A DNA stretch of 64,000 bases from a virus. A program made the position numbers and the translations under genes. The notes below the pieces were generated by a model. That model searched no databases, was not told where the DNA came from, and worked only from the letters and a program-made list of their open reading frames with translations. Below are positions 46,744 through 57,190 of the stretch, piece after piece. The stretch spans positions 64,001 through 128,000 of the IMG/VR virus record IMGVR_UViG_3300032257_000479, one strand, 5' to 3'. Each line of letters starts with the position of its first letter. Position 1 is the stretch's first letter.

Positions 46744-47460
46744 TCACTCAGAAGATAGTAATTCAGTTTTTGCTATCGTTAACTCATCGATTTTTTTGTT
46801 TTCTTCGCTTGTTAATTCTCTATTAGATGAAGATGCTTTATAAAACAATTGGAATATCTGCTCATCTATTTTTTGCAAAGATGAGGCCATAACCATTTTT
46901 TCATCATTCTTTACAGCAGAATCACTGTGTGATGGATCGATTCCGTCTGCCGTTTCTCTTTCTTTTGTTGACTTAAATCTATCCGGGTGATTCTGCAGTT
47001 GACTTCCATTTGCTGGAACCTGAGAAACAATTGTCGTTTTCTCACCTGAAAGCTGAACACCAATTTCTTTATCCCAAAATTCAGTGCTTTGAGCATCATC
47101 TGCGTCTGCAAATTTTGCATAATATGACTGATCATAAGATTCTGCTAACAGATCATTTGGCTTGATATGAGGTCTAGGCTCATCATTTTGTCTGTGAGGA
47201 TAATATGATTTTCTGTTATCAATTTGATTTTCAGAAACTTTTTCAGGAGAACCTGATCTAGCTTCATCCATTCTATTTTCATGTGTAGTTATATTTTTTT
47301 CATCTTTTCTGTTTTCAGATAGCTTTCCTTGAATGGTCTCAACCTTTGCTGTAGAATCCACAGTATGGCCTCTGTCATCATTTTGAGATGACAGTCTCTT
47401 TGGGTAAGACTTTGATATCTCGTCTTTCTTTGCTTGTTTTCTTAAGTTAAACTTAGCCAT
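46744..47460 (-). CDS. hypothetical protein
   Basis: 238 aa; leader MAKFNLRKQAK; AAGGAG RBS. Confidence 0.8.
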   Translation of the reverse strand: MAKFNLRKQAKKDEISKSYPKRLSSQNDDRGHTVDSTAKVETIQGKLSENRKDEKNITTHENRMDEARSGSPEKVSENQIDNRKSYYPHRQNDEPRPHIKPNDLLAESYDQSYYAKFADADDAQSTEFWDKEIGVQLSGEKTTIVSQVPANGSQLQNHPDRFKSTKERETADGIDPSHSDSAVKNDEKMVMASSLQKIDEQIFQLFYKASSSNRELTSEENKKIDELTIAKTELLSSE

Positions 47461-47502
47461 TTATGTCTCCTTGTCGAGAGCGTCCTCTCTTGTTTTTTTG
47501 TT

Positions 47503-49398
47503 TTAATTAGACCTATTTTTCATTTGGTCAGCAACCTTTTGTCCCGAACCATAACCGTATGGCGTTCCTTGCATAGATCTCCAAACCTGATTACCACTAT
47601 TTGGTGATACTGGCATATTGACCATTTTTCCTTGAGGGAGTTTGCTTATAGTTCTATCTATTGCATTAAAGCATGCTCCTGCAACTGCATCGCATATATC
47701 GTCTGAATTCACATCCGCATCAACCTTCGGCAATACCTTATACCCATTTTCTGTCCATTTTCTTTGCAAATTCTTCATTTCATGGTATAATAATTTATGT
47801 TCCGGTATTAATATTTTTTGATTTATAACTAATTGATAAAAATTATCATATATCTGTTGCTTATAGCTTCTTGAGAATGGAGTCTCTTTCGCTGGAACCC
47901 CATTTTTTCTCAAATTGTTAACACTAGCCTTACTATTCCATTGATCATATGTAACTAATCCAAAATGGAATCTCTTATGCATCTCTATCATATAGTTATC
48001 AATTTCTTGCACATTGATTGGATTATCACCAGTTGGTGTCCAATAATGAATATGATCCATTATTATTCTAAAATCTCTTTTTCCAGTCCCGCTATTAACA
48101 AACATCTCTTGATGACATATCGCTAAAGCATAATTGTGACTAGATGTAGCAGGGTCCAAGTGAGCAAAGTATGTAACGCCTGGAAGCCCATGCATCACTT
48201 TTTTTACTCTCTTTGATCTAAAGCATTTTTCAACATCATCTGCTGAAAAGAACGATTCGCCTGCAGTTCCTGAGAACTCCGCTCCAAACTCCATCGCAAA
48301 CTTAGTGTCGCTCATGTTGGAATATTTTTCAAGAAGCATACTTTCAGTAACTCTCGGGTTAACGACCCAAGTTGGAGCTTTCATCATAAAAGCTGTGCTA
48401 TTATCAGGAGCTTGGATGTAAAGGTCAAACAATATGCCCTCTTTGCCACGGGGTGTTGAAATACATATAACCTTACCGTCAATTATTCGTTTTATGACTT
48501 TTTCTCCGTCACTATCAAGTTCAGGTTCACCCTGATCATCAAGAACTTCTACTTGTCTAATGTAAGTCATCGTAGCAGGAACAAGGTTGTGATAGAGTTG
48601 ATCGCCAGAAGAAGATCCCGCTGACTGCTTATATGTTCCGATTTCATCAAACAAAACAGCAAAACAAGAAAGACCAACAAGTGAGTTCGAGTTTGAGTGA
48701 CCGGCAAAAATCTCAACAGAACCATGATTCTGTGTTAAACCTTTTTCTTTTAATATTTCGTTATTCTTTTTGTCTTCTGGTGTTCGCAAAAATATCTTAT
48801 TATCTGTTGAATGGCCTATTTTGTCCGAAAAATATGGAGACTTATTTGCTTTATCCTTTATCTCTCTAAACAAAATTTTCGCCTGACCAGAAGAGTTAGC
48901 TATAGTAAGTATAGTTATAGGAGAAGCGGAACCAATTTTATATGTTGCATAAGGGTCTCCTCCTGGAGTTTCAAGAAGCCTCATAGCTTCATATAATGCC
49001 ATAATGGAAACGATAAAGTCTTTACCTGATCTTCGTCCCCAAATAAGAACAAGCTCGCTGAAAATTTCTTTATTCTCATACTTTTTGAGCATTCCGCCAT
49101 TATCATCTTCATCTAGCCCAAAATCTTTTATTAACTGTATCTCTTTTTCGTCTAATTCTAAATCCTCATTTCCTGGACTGCCTCTGTAAAAACATTTCAG
49201 CAATATCTTCTGCATAGGAAAAAGAGTTATTGGTTGGGGATAGTATTTCATCCCTAACCATTTTTCATCTTCAATAAACTCAATGATACTAGGAAGGTTG
49301 TCGCTAAAACTTTTACTTATATTATCAGCTTTAACTTCATCTTTTAGATTACGAAGTAGTTCAGATAATTCTCCAGATTTTATCTTTTTCTTTGCCAT
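47503..49398 (-). CDS. terL: terminase large subunit
   Basis: Walker A GRRSGK, Walker B VLFDE, ISTP, E.GAEF, RNase H-like HLDPA and DD.CDA. Confidence 0.93.
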   Translation of the reverse strand: MAKKKIKSGELSELLRNLKDEVKADNISKSFSDNLPSIIEFIEDEKWLGMKYYPQPITLFPMQKILLKCFYRGSPGNEDLELDEKEIQLIKDFGLDEDDNGGMLKKYENKEIFSELVLIWGRRSGKDFIVSIMALYEAMRLLETPGGDPYATYKIGSASPITILTIANSSGQAKILFREIKDKANKSPYFSDKIGHSTDNKIFLRTPEDKKNNEILKEKGLTQNHGSVEIFAGHSNSNSLVGLSCFAVLFDEIGTYKQSAGSSSGDQLYHNLVPATMTYIRQVEVLDDQGEPELDSDGEKVIKRIIDGKVICISTPRGKEGILFDLYIQAPDNSTAFMMKAPTWVVNPRVTESMLLEKYSNMSDTKFAMEFGAEFSGTAGESFFSADDVEKCFRSKRVKKVMHGLPGVTYFAHLDPATSSHNYALAICHQEMFVNSGTGKRDFRIIMDHIHYWTPTGDNPINVQEIDNYMIEMHKRFHFGLVTYDQWNSKASVNNLRKNGVPAKETPFSRSYKQQIYDNFYQLVINQKILIPEHKLLYHEMKNLQRKWTENGYKVLPKVDADVNSDDICDAVAGACFNAIDRTISKLPQGKMVNMPVSPNSGNQVWRSMQGTPYGYGSGQKVADQMKNRSN

Positions 49399-49979
49399 TA
49401 AATCGCACTTAAGTTCTGAGCAACAACTTCCCCAAACCAGTATGGAGATGATCCATCATCTACATAAGTTATTTTAAATATATCTGTTGCATTGAGGGTT
49501 TGCGTAACAGTTGGTCCTGTTCCGCCAGCCCAAAGAGAACCTGTTGGCCACGTTATATCTGCCGTTCCGCCAGCTTCAGTTTGTTTTACTATCAATAAGA
49601 CTTCCTTAAAACGACCGTCCGTTGAATCAACTCCCGGTGGCTCATTTTGAATATCTAAAGTTGTTATATTGGTATCTAGGTTTATCTGAAAAGTCTCAGC
49701 AAGAGTTAGATCGATTGAAAGCGTCCCCACTGGACTCTCGATAACGCTTACGCTGCCAAGATTGGAATGAAGACTCCTGGAGTCTCTAAGAAGAGGTCTT
49801 CTCAGTACTCCATCATTCATATCCGCTTGAACCTGAGTTGTTGAAACATATATAGTTGTTCCTGTCCCATCTCCGCCAGTCACTCTTCTCAAAGTAGAAT
49901 CCAACCCAACTCCGGCATTAATTAGGCGGAATAGGTCTTTAAAAGTATCTGCAGGCGTTGTCCCTTGTAAATCTGTCAT
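49398..49979 (-). CDS. putative tail fibre/virion protein
   Basis: L.IDL.....F, L.VKQ...G....ITWP....WAGG..P..T.....TD.F domain. Confidence 0.65.
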   Translation of the reverse strand: MTDLQGTTPADTFKDLFRLINAGVGLDSTLRRVTGGDGTGTTIYVSTTQVQADMNDGVLRRPLLRDSRSLHSNLGSVSVIESPVGTLSIDLTLAETFQINLDTNITTLDIQNEPPGVDSTDGRFKEVLLIVKQTEAGGTADITWPTGSLWAGGTGPTVTQTLNATDIFKITYVDDGSSPYWFGEVVAQNLSAI

Positions 49980-50432
49980 TTAAAAATTACTCCATCCAAG
50001 CTTATCCCAAGCAATGTTTATATCTTCCCAATTATCGTCAATATCCTGCCATTGAGCAGCCTTTGTTCCGGAAAGCGTAACTGTATATCCTAGAAACCTT
50101 GATATTGAAGCAAACGTTGGGTCCACCTCTAAATATTGGTCAACGAGAAATTCATCTATTGTGTCGTATCCATAATTAGTTAAAACATGCTGATTCAGTG
50201 CATTTACAGCCTTTATCATTGGCTGATTCAAATTAGCGTGTTTATTTGCAACAAGAGAATATGTTGAAACAATGCTGTTAAAAAACACGTTTCTATATCT
50301 TTCTGATGACGCAATGTCCATACTTTGCAGGTTTGTTATCATGCAGTTAAAAGGCTCTAGGGCATCTGACCCCAATCTTTGGGACTCTCCTAGTATGTCC
50401 GAAATAACCTTATAGCTAACTGTTCCTATCAT
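49980..50432 (-). CDS. hypothetical protein
   Basis: 150 aa; C-terminal WxD(I/K) repeats. Confidence 0.7.
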   Translation of the reverse strand: MIGTVSYKVISDILGESQRLGSDALEPFNCMITNLQSMDIASSERYRNVFFNSIVSTYSLVANKHANLNQPMIKAVNALNQHVLTNYGYDTIDEFLVDQYLEVDPTFASISRFLGYTVTLSGTKAAQWQDIDDNWEDINIAWDKLGWSNF

Positions 50433-52435
50433 CTGTAAATAACCTCTCGAAAAATTCTATACGGGAAATTTGTCAACTGATCCTTCTGTCTTAATCTAAA
50501 GTAATAATACTTACCTCTACTAAGTTGCTCTCCATCTCTGCTTTCATATTTTATTCTCAATCCCGCGAAATTGGATGTTACCCCATTTGAACTCATTGCT
50601 TCAAAATTGTTTTTCGATTTCTCAAAAAACCAATTTTGATCATCGTTAAAAGTATCAAAACTGTATATTATTTCATTAAAGTCTTGATCAGCGGATACAT
50701 CTAACTCAAAATGATAAAAAGCAAATGTTCCCTGCTCATGCTCTAAATCAAATGTAAATTCCCATGTTCCTTCTTCATACAAAAACTCTTCAGATATTGT
50801 TTCTTTTACATCCTCATTAATAATAGCGTCTACCGTTATTTCAGGTATTACAGTATTCGTTCTCTCTAAATAGTCATTTATTCTTGGATAGAATGAGCTA
50901 TAGTTTGTTTGGTTTCTTATTACAGCTAAGTTGAACATAGCGTTAGCCAAGTTAACATAATCATTTTTCCAATCTGGTTCTTCAAATATTTTTCCGAGAC
51001 GATTAAAGACAACAGCCAAATCAAGAGAGACATCAGGATCATCGCCTGAAACGATTAAGTCTCTTGCCTGTTTTAGTATCACGTTTTTTCTGAAAATATT
51101 AATGCAAGATTTCGCAAAACACTCATTTATATTTGACCAAGCCTGGTCTTGAGGAATTAGTTCCCTTCCATCAAAAACTAAAGGGAAAACAAATCTGCTT
51201 AATGGGTCCCCAAAACAAGAAATTGGAGTATTCAATCTAGGCTGAGAGAACATAAAAGCTTCCCCCATCGTTGCCCCTCTGAATAGTGCCTGAAAAAACG
51301 GTTCTGGTCTAATGAAGTTTTCTACGCCAGGGTCTGACATCGATCCTGCTGTTGCAATATAACCTTGTCTTATTGCTAACACAGGCCATGCTCTTGAATC
51401 TATATCTCGAATACTGCTCGCTCCATCAAAATCAGCATTGTAGAAAAATCCCCTAATGTTTGCTGATGAATCAAAAAAGCTTAATGATCCTCTGTCTGCT
51501 CCCCATCCCCAAAAGAATGAATCATTCTGAACTTTTGATATCAAAGCATCTTTATACGGATCAACTCGAACTGTTTCTTTTACATTTAAACCGACATCGT
51601 TGAGCAGGCCATTTCTAAATTCAAGCAACTCTGATTCATAATCAATAGCCTGACTTCCTTGGTAAGCGGAATACGCATCAAAGAAAAAGTCCCCGTTTAT
51701 TAATAGCTGACTATTTGCTAGTTCAATATTATCAAACCATGTGCTTGTTATTGACGCTAATGGAGAATCTATTCTAGTGACTATGAAAGAAAAATCTGAA
51801 TCAGCTCTATCAAACCTTTTGAATACTTTTCTGTCATAAAGAGGATTCTCTAAATATTTTTCGTCTGAATCAAATGTAAAAAACATTCTAGATAATCTTG
51901 ATGTAGAAGATATGACATCATCACCATCATCAAAACCGCCAGGAACTTTTGGCATTAAGACAATCGCATAAATTGTTCTATCTAACAATACAGAAGACGA
52001 TGAGCTAATGGCTTCAATTATAGGGTTCTCTACTTCAGTCTCAAATTCAGAATAACTATCGAGTATCTCCCTGGCTGAACATGGAATTGGAACTAACTGA
52101 TCATCAGATAAACTGTGCATTGACTTATATCTATTTGCAGCATCTTCTGATTCGCTGTCTGCGTCTCTATATACAACTATGACATTCTGCGGCCCAATAG
52201 AGCCAATGTTAACAGTTGTATCAGATGACTGATACGTTATAGATATAGGGTCTGATGGATCAGATTCGTTTCCTCCAACATCAACACTTGTTATCTGATA
52301 GAAATAAGTGTTGCCTGGAACGGCGGTAGTATCTTCAAATGCTGTCGTTTCAGATGACGACAAAAAGACATACGTTCCGCCAAATGAATCGGATCGATAT
52401 ACATTATAATGAGAAAAATCTGATGGGCCTGCCAT
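50429..52435 (-). CDS. FN3 domain plus TIGR03790-like protein
   Basis: YNVYRS..TY.Y.I.SVD..GNES (FN3); VVY...S...A..Y, VTRID, G..AT.G...DP, G.T.GEA, GDPL. Confidence 0.7.
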   Translation of the reverse strand: MAGPSDFSHYNVYRSDSFGGTYVFLSSSETTAFEDTTAVPGNTYFYQITSVDVGGNESDPSDPISITYQSSDTTVNIGSIGPQNVIVVYRDADSESEDAANRYKSMHSLSDDQLVPIPCSAREILDSYSEFETEVENPIIEAISSSSSVLLDRTIYAIVLMPKVPGGFDDGDDVISSTSRLSRMFFTFDSDEKYLENPLYDRKVFKRFDRADSDFSFIVTRIDSPLASITSTWFDNIELANSQLLINGDFFFDAYSAYQGSQAIDYESELLEFRNGLLNDVGLNVKETVRVDPYKDALISKVQNDSFFWGWGADRGSLSFFDSSANIRGFFYNADFDGASSIRDIDSRAWPVLAIRQGYIATAGSMSDPGVENFIRPEPFFQALFRGATMGEAFMFSQPRLNTPISCFGDPLSRFVFPLVFDGRELIPQDQAWSNINECFAKSCINIFRKNVILKQARDLIVSGDDPDVSLDLAVVFNRLGKIFEEPDWKNDYVNLANAMFNLAVIRNQTNYSSFYPRINDYLERTNTVIPEITVDAIINEDVKETISEEFLYEEGTWEFTFDLEHEQGTFAFYHFELDVSADQDFNEIIYSFDTFNDDQNWFFEKSKNNFEAMSSNGVTSNFAGLRIKYESRDGEQLSRGKYYYFRLRQKDQLTNFPYRIFREVIYR

Positions 52436-52518
52436 TTATACCAACGTTTGTAATTATACTATTAAGATAATAGAATATACATCAGTAATCGGCAAAAATC
52501 CTTGATTAACTGCAGATA

Positions 52519-52974
52519 TTATGAACCTGTTGAACCAAAGCCTCCGTCGCCTCGTTCTGAGTTAGTCAATTTATCTACTTCAATAAAATTAGCTCTTATC
52601 GTTTTCCGAACAACCAACTGAGCGATTCTATCGCCTTTTGAATATGCCACTGGATGAGCCATAGCCGGAGAAGCTGACTTGAATCTTACTACAACCTCTC
52701 CCCTGTATCCTTCATCTACTAATCCAATACTATTCGCTAAAAACACGTTAGTTTTTGTTACGCTTGATCTTGGAAACAATTCTGTGTGGTATCCTTCGTC
52801 AGGCTGTATTGCTATGCCAGTTCTATATTGAATATATAAAACATTGCCAAACTCATCCTTTTTAACTGTCCCATCATCAATTGCAACCATATCCCATCCT
52901 GCATCCGTTCCGGTTGCTCTAACAGGTATGACTGCATTTTCGTGCAATTTTAAAACTCTTACATTCATGCTCAT
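52519..52974 (-). CDS. dut: trimeric dUTPase
   Basis: AG.D, PRSS, NS.G.VD.GYRGE, GDRIAQL, RG.GGFGSTG. Confidence 0.96.
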   Translation of the reverse strand: MSMNVRVLKLHENAVIPVRATGTDAGWDMVAIDDGTVKKDEFGNVLYIQYRTGIAIQPDEGYHTELFPRSSVTKTNVFLANSIGLVDEGYRGEVVVRFKSASPAMAHPVAYSKGDRIAQLVVRKTIRANFIEVDKLTNSERGDGGFGSTGS

Positions 52975-52989
52975 TTTACTACTTCTTTC

Positions 52990-55500
52990 TTAGTTACAAA
53001 AACTTGTTCCATCTTCGAGGCATTTTACGCAACCCTCTGAGAATACATAAGTCTTCTCGTCATCGCCAAATCCTGTTGCCTCTGCCCCATCAACAATAAA
53101 TTTCTTTAAAACTCTTGCTACAACTTTTCCGAATCCCATCATATCTCCAGGAACGCTTTGCAATGACAATACTGCATACTTAACATCAACGCCATGCCTC
53201 AACGAAAGAGAAAGCAATCGAGTTATAGATGCTTCTTCGTCTGTTATGTGCTCGCCAAGGTTCTCAACTATATCACCATTATCCATATGAGCCCTATAGT
53301 GGCCTCTTTTTACCTTTTCGACAACGCAGTCTTTTGTTGAACCTGCTATAAATCCGTTGTGACCGGCAAAAACTTCATACGGAATATCATCCAGTATTCC
53401 AACTATAACAAAATAAGGTTGTCCCTTATAGCTTGTGTGGAACACTTTTGCATCCATTTTCTTTTCTCTTTTAGGTGCATCATGAAGTCTTGTCTCTTGC
53501 TTCTTCTCTGTGTCCTTTTTAACAAGAACACCTGTTCTTGACCCATCACGATATACCGTAATGCCTTTACATCCGCTCTTCCATGCTGTAAGATAAATAT
53601 CCTTAACATCATCAATAGTGGCTTCATTTGGTATATTAACAGTGCTTGAAATGGAGTGATCCACATGCTGTTGCGCTGTTGCTTGTATTTTAACTCTCTT
53701 TTTCCAATCCAAATCTGGAGCGCACGAACCCTGCCATGGAGATTTCTCTATATCTGTTTCTCCGGTAATGTCCATCCATGTTTTTAATTTAGGCTTTATT
53801 ACATCAAAGTGCATCCAGTGGTCTCCGCTGTCATCAATGGAGTCTGTTCTAAAGTCTTTGTCGCTTGGGTTCCCCTTTACCTTTCTTACATATGGGATAA
53901 TAGAATACTCTGGCTCGATTCCGCCAGACGTTTGAGTCATCATTGATACAGTTCCGGTTGGAGCAGTTGTTAATAACGCAATGTTTCTTCTTCCATATTT
54001 TTTCATATCTCTATATAGAGATGGATCTTCCTCTTTTATTCTGAGAAGGTATGGATTCTTCTTTTCTAGATCATAATCCCAAATTTCAAAGGCCCCAAGC
54101 TCTTTAGCCATATCAACTGAAGACCTATATGCATTCAACTTAAGGGTTTTATATATATTGTCTGTCATGTTTATGCCTTTTGTTGAATCATACTTGATTC
54201 CGCAAGCAGCAATAGCATCACCAATGCCCGTTATACCTGTCCCTGTCCTTCTTCCTCTTTCGCATGTTCTGTGTATCTTTTTCCAAAGCTCTATTTCAAC
54301 AGACTTTGTCTCAGAGTCTTCTGGATCTGATTTGATTTTACTTAAAATGCCATTTATCATCTCAAGCTCAAGGTCAATCATGTCATCCATTAGTCTTTGA
54401 GTTATTTGAGCATGCTTACCATATAGTTCGTAATCAAAATAGGATTTCTTCTCAAATGGGTTTATAACATATGAATATAGGTTTTGAACCATTAATCGAC
54501 ATGAATCATATGCGCTAAGAGGAACTTCTCCACAAGGGTTGCTGGATATTGTTTTATAACCAAGATGGCTATAGCAGTCTGCTGGAGATTCTGATATGAT
54601 ATTGTCCCAAAAGAAAATACCGGGTTCCGCTACTTTCCATGCATTTTCGCAAATAGCATCCCAAACACTTCTTGCTGAAAGGGTGTCCTTCATTATTGGT
54701 TCTTTTGAATCTACCGGGAATCTTATTTCGTAATCAGCATTATTATCAACAGCAGATAAGAATTCATCTGTAAGCTTGGTTGAAATGTTAGCTCCAGTAA
54801 GTTGAGTTAAATCATTCTTTACTGTAATGAACTCCATAATGTCTGGATGATGAACGCTTGTTGACTCCATCAAAGCTCCACGGCGACCCTCTTGACCAAT
54901 TTCTCTTGTGGTTCTTGAAAATCTTTCCGCGAAAGAAATTGATCCTGTTGAGGTTTTTGCTGCATTATGAGTTGGAGTATGCTTTGGTCTAAGAGATTCA
55001 ATGCTAACTCCACATCCGCCCCTTCTTTTGAATATCTGAGCAAGCTCCTGATCAGACTTCATTATGCCAGAAATACTATCGCTAGGAGAATCAATAACAA
55101 AACAGTTTGATAAAGTTATATATGTATAAGGGTTTCCAATTCCATACATAGGGCTTCCTTGAGGAACAATGTACTTGAATTGATCAAAGAGATTGAAGAT
55201 TTTCTCATATGACATTGGTTCTTTGAACTTCTTCCGTTCGATACGGAAAAACTCAAACGCCATTCTGTGGTGCATTGCTTCTGGGGTACTTTCAGTGTAC
55301 ATACCGCTTGGCTTGCACAACGCATATTTATCAGCAAAACCCTTCGCAGCGAGATCGTCACCATCGAAGTATTCTAGCGATGCTGCTCGAACTTCATTAT
55401 ATGTATACTCTGGTTGTGTATCATAAAAATCTCGGAGTGCTGAAAAATATTTCTCTCCTGTCAACTTTGCCATCTTCATTGGAAACTTTGGTACTAACAA
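52990..55500 (-). CDS. nrdJ: class II (adenosylcobalamin-dependent) ribonucleotide reductase
   Basis: SNCFV, GRRGALM, NPCGE, SCRL, APTGT.S, S.GIEP, KG.TVYRDG; C-terminal TSCPD-like domain; no NrdB nearby. Confidence 0.92.
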   Translation of the reverse strand: MLVPKFPMKMAKLTGEKYFSALRDFYDTQPEYTYNEVRAASLEYFDGDDLAAKGFADKYALCKPSGMYTESTPEAMHHRMAFEFFRIERKKFKEPMSYEKIFNLFDQFKYIVPQGSPMYGIGNPYTYITLSNCFVIDSPSDSISGIMKSDQELAQIFKRRGGCGVSIESLRPKHTPTHNAAKTSTGSISFAERFSRTTREIGQEGRRGALMESTSVHHPDIMEFITVKNDLTQLTGANISTKLTDEFLSAVDNNADYEIRFPVDSKEPIMKDTLSARSVWDAICENAWKVAEPGIFFWDNIISESPADCYSHLGYKTISSNPCGEVPLSAYDSCRLMVQNLYSYVINPFEKKSYFDYELYGKHAQITQRLMDDMIDLELEMINGILSKIKSDPEDSETKSVEIELWKKIHRTCERGRRTGTGITGIGDAIAACGIKYDSTKGINMTDNIYKTLKLNAYRSSVDMAKELGAFEIWDYDLEKKNPYLLRIKEEDPSLYRDMKKYGRRNIALLTTAPTGTVSMMTQTSGGIEPEYSIIPYVRKVKGNPSDKDFRTDSIDDSGDHWMHFDVIKPKLKTWMDITGETDIEKSPWQGSCAPDLDWKKRVKIQATAQQHVDHSISSTVNIPNEATIDDVKDIYLTAWKSGCKGITVYRDGSRTGVLVKKDTEKKQETRLHDAPKREKKMDAKVFHTSYKGQPYFVIVGILDDIPYEVFAGHNGFIAGSTKDCVVEKVKRGHYRAHMDNGDIVENLGEHITDEEASITRLLSLSLRHGVDVKYAVLSLQSVPGDMMGFGKVVARVLKKFIVDGAEATGFGDDEKTYVFSEGCVKCLEDGTSFCN

Positions 55501-55522
55501 TCTTCTCTCCTGGTTCTTTCGT

Positions 55523-55552
55523 AAAAATTACCGCCTCATTAAGACGGTAATG
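55523..55552 (-). terminator. hairpin with T-run upstream of nrdJ
   Basis: ATTACCGTCTT-AAT-GAGGCGGTAAT followed by TTTT. Confidence 0.5.
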
Positions 55553-55683
55553 GCATATCGGTTAAAACGATATTTTTCTTGTTTCAAATTTTAAAAAATT
55601 ACTTGTCAAACATATCTCGTTAATCTTATTTTTAGCAAATCTCATTCTTCATTCATCCCCAAATAAGTCAACGTAGAAATAAA

Positions 55684-55710
55684 TATTCGACCATCTGCAT
55701 TTTAAACCTT
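55684..55710 (-). promoter_or_regulatory. putative phage promoter AAGG-N15-GTCGAATA
   Basis: Recurrent motif. Confidence 0.45.
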
Positions 55711-55780
55711 CTCTTGTTCACTGATCATTTTTGACATCTGTTAATTTTTTGAAATCTTCAAGAAATGAGAAGGAGTAAAC

Positions 55781-57169
55781 TTATAGCAAAGCATCATCGT
55801 CATCCGCTATTTTTTGGGCAAAACCAAAAGATTCTCCCTTATCTGACTTTGATTTTGTCTCAATATATGATGACATATTTTTATTTTTTACTTCTTCCCA
55901 AGCATCTTTAAAATGACTTTCTTTTAAGATCAAGGTTTTCTCGTCCTTTGAAAAGGACTTATCTCTAACTGCATAAATCGCAGATGTTTTACAGAACTCT
56001 TTTACATGAGCGCCGGAAAGGTCTTTTAGCGTATTTGTTACTTTCGATAGATTTACCCCAGATATATCCCATTTTTTACAGAAAGATATAATCATGTTCT
56101 TTATCTCTTCTTTTTCTGGGTACCCAATTTCTATGAGTCTATCGAATCTTCCTGGTCTATTGCTTACAGCGTCCTCTAAATCATCTTTTTTGTTTGTTGT
56201 GCCAATAGTTATAATATCTCCAAATGCTTCAATGCCATCCATCTGGTTCATTAATTCCATGACAAAACCAGCCCTGCCAGCCTCTCTATCCATTGCTATC
56301 CAGTCCATGTCCTCAATTATTAAAATGCATGGAGCCAAATCTTTTGCAATATTAGTGACCGCTCTTACTCCTGCTGTTCCTTTTTGAAAATCTGTAGGCA
56401 AAGCATATAGAACAGAGCATTCCGCTTCATCAGCTAAAGCTCTGCATATTTGAGTCTTTCCGGTTCCTGGATCTCCGTAAAGAATTATCCCTCTCTGTAT
56501 TGTTATTCCAAACTTTTTCAATGTTTCTGAATTATTGAAAATGTCATTAACTGACTCTTTTATTATCTTCTTTTTATCATCTGATATAATAACATCATCC
56601 CACGTTGTTTTACTAAGATCAAGAATTCTACAGCCAACATCTATTTTTTGGCCTTTATAAAAATTCTTCTCGTCTGCCATTTTTGTCCATTTGGCAAACA
56701 TTCCACTATTTTCTTCCTTGTTGCATTGTATTTCATAATGCATACCGCCTGAATTCCAGTTCTCAGTTATAGTAACAATAACTCTATCTCTTTTTGCGTC
56801 TTTGCAACCTGTTTTTTCAAAGTAGATTACCGCATCTTCGTACCCTTGAAAAGTTTCATCTTTAGCTTTTTGTATTTCTTGTTTTTTTGGAGGTCTGGAG
56901 TATAGTTGTCCATAACTAACCTCTCTTACTAATTTATATTTTTCGCCTTTAAAAAAATCACTCATCACCCATTGAAGTTTGTTGTGCTGGTAATCACTAA
57001 TAGCTCCGCAATTATTGCGAAAATAGGTTTCTCTGCTAAAGAACTCTCTCGCCTCATTTTCACTCAAGGAATTCATTTCCACAGTTTTCATTGCATAAGT
57101 GAATTGATCTAAGTTTGATTCCTGAAGAGATATCTTGCTTAGGTCATAGCTATTATTTTCTGAACTCAT
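55781..57169 (-). CDS. classical AAA ATPase (FtsH/PAN-like AAA module, no protease domain)
   Basis: GDPGTGKT, IIEDMD, LMNQMDG, TTN, RPGRFDR. Confidence 0.92.
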   Translation of the reverse strand: MSSENNSYDLSKISLQESNLDQFTYAMKTVEMNSLSENEAREFFSRETYFRNNCGAISDYQHNKLQWVMSDFFKGEKYKLVREVSYGQLYSRPPKKQEIQKAKDETFQGYEDAVIYFEKTGCKDAKRDRVIVTITENWNSGGMHYEIQCNKEENSGMFAKWTKMADEKNFYKGQKIDVGCRILDLSKTTWDDVIISDDKKKIIKESVNDIFNNSETLKKFGITIQRGIILYGDPGTGKTQICRALADEAECSVLYALPTDFQKGTAGVRAVTNIAKDLAPCILIIEDMDWIAMDREAGRAGFVMELMNQMDGIEAFGDIITIGTTNKKDDLEDAVSNRPGRFDRLIEIGYPEKEEIKNMIISFCKKWDISGVNLSKVTNTLKDLSGAHVKEFCKTSAIYAVRDKSFSKDEKTLILKESHFKDAWEEVKNKNMSSYIETKSKSDKGESFGFAQKIADDDDALL

Positions 57170-57190
57170 AAATATGTTTCTTTCCGAGAA

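Noticed and set aside
47503-55500. Inteins or introns in terL and nrdJ
   Set aside because: Both read continuously at normal lengths with no splice motifs
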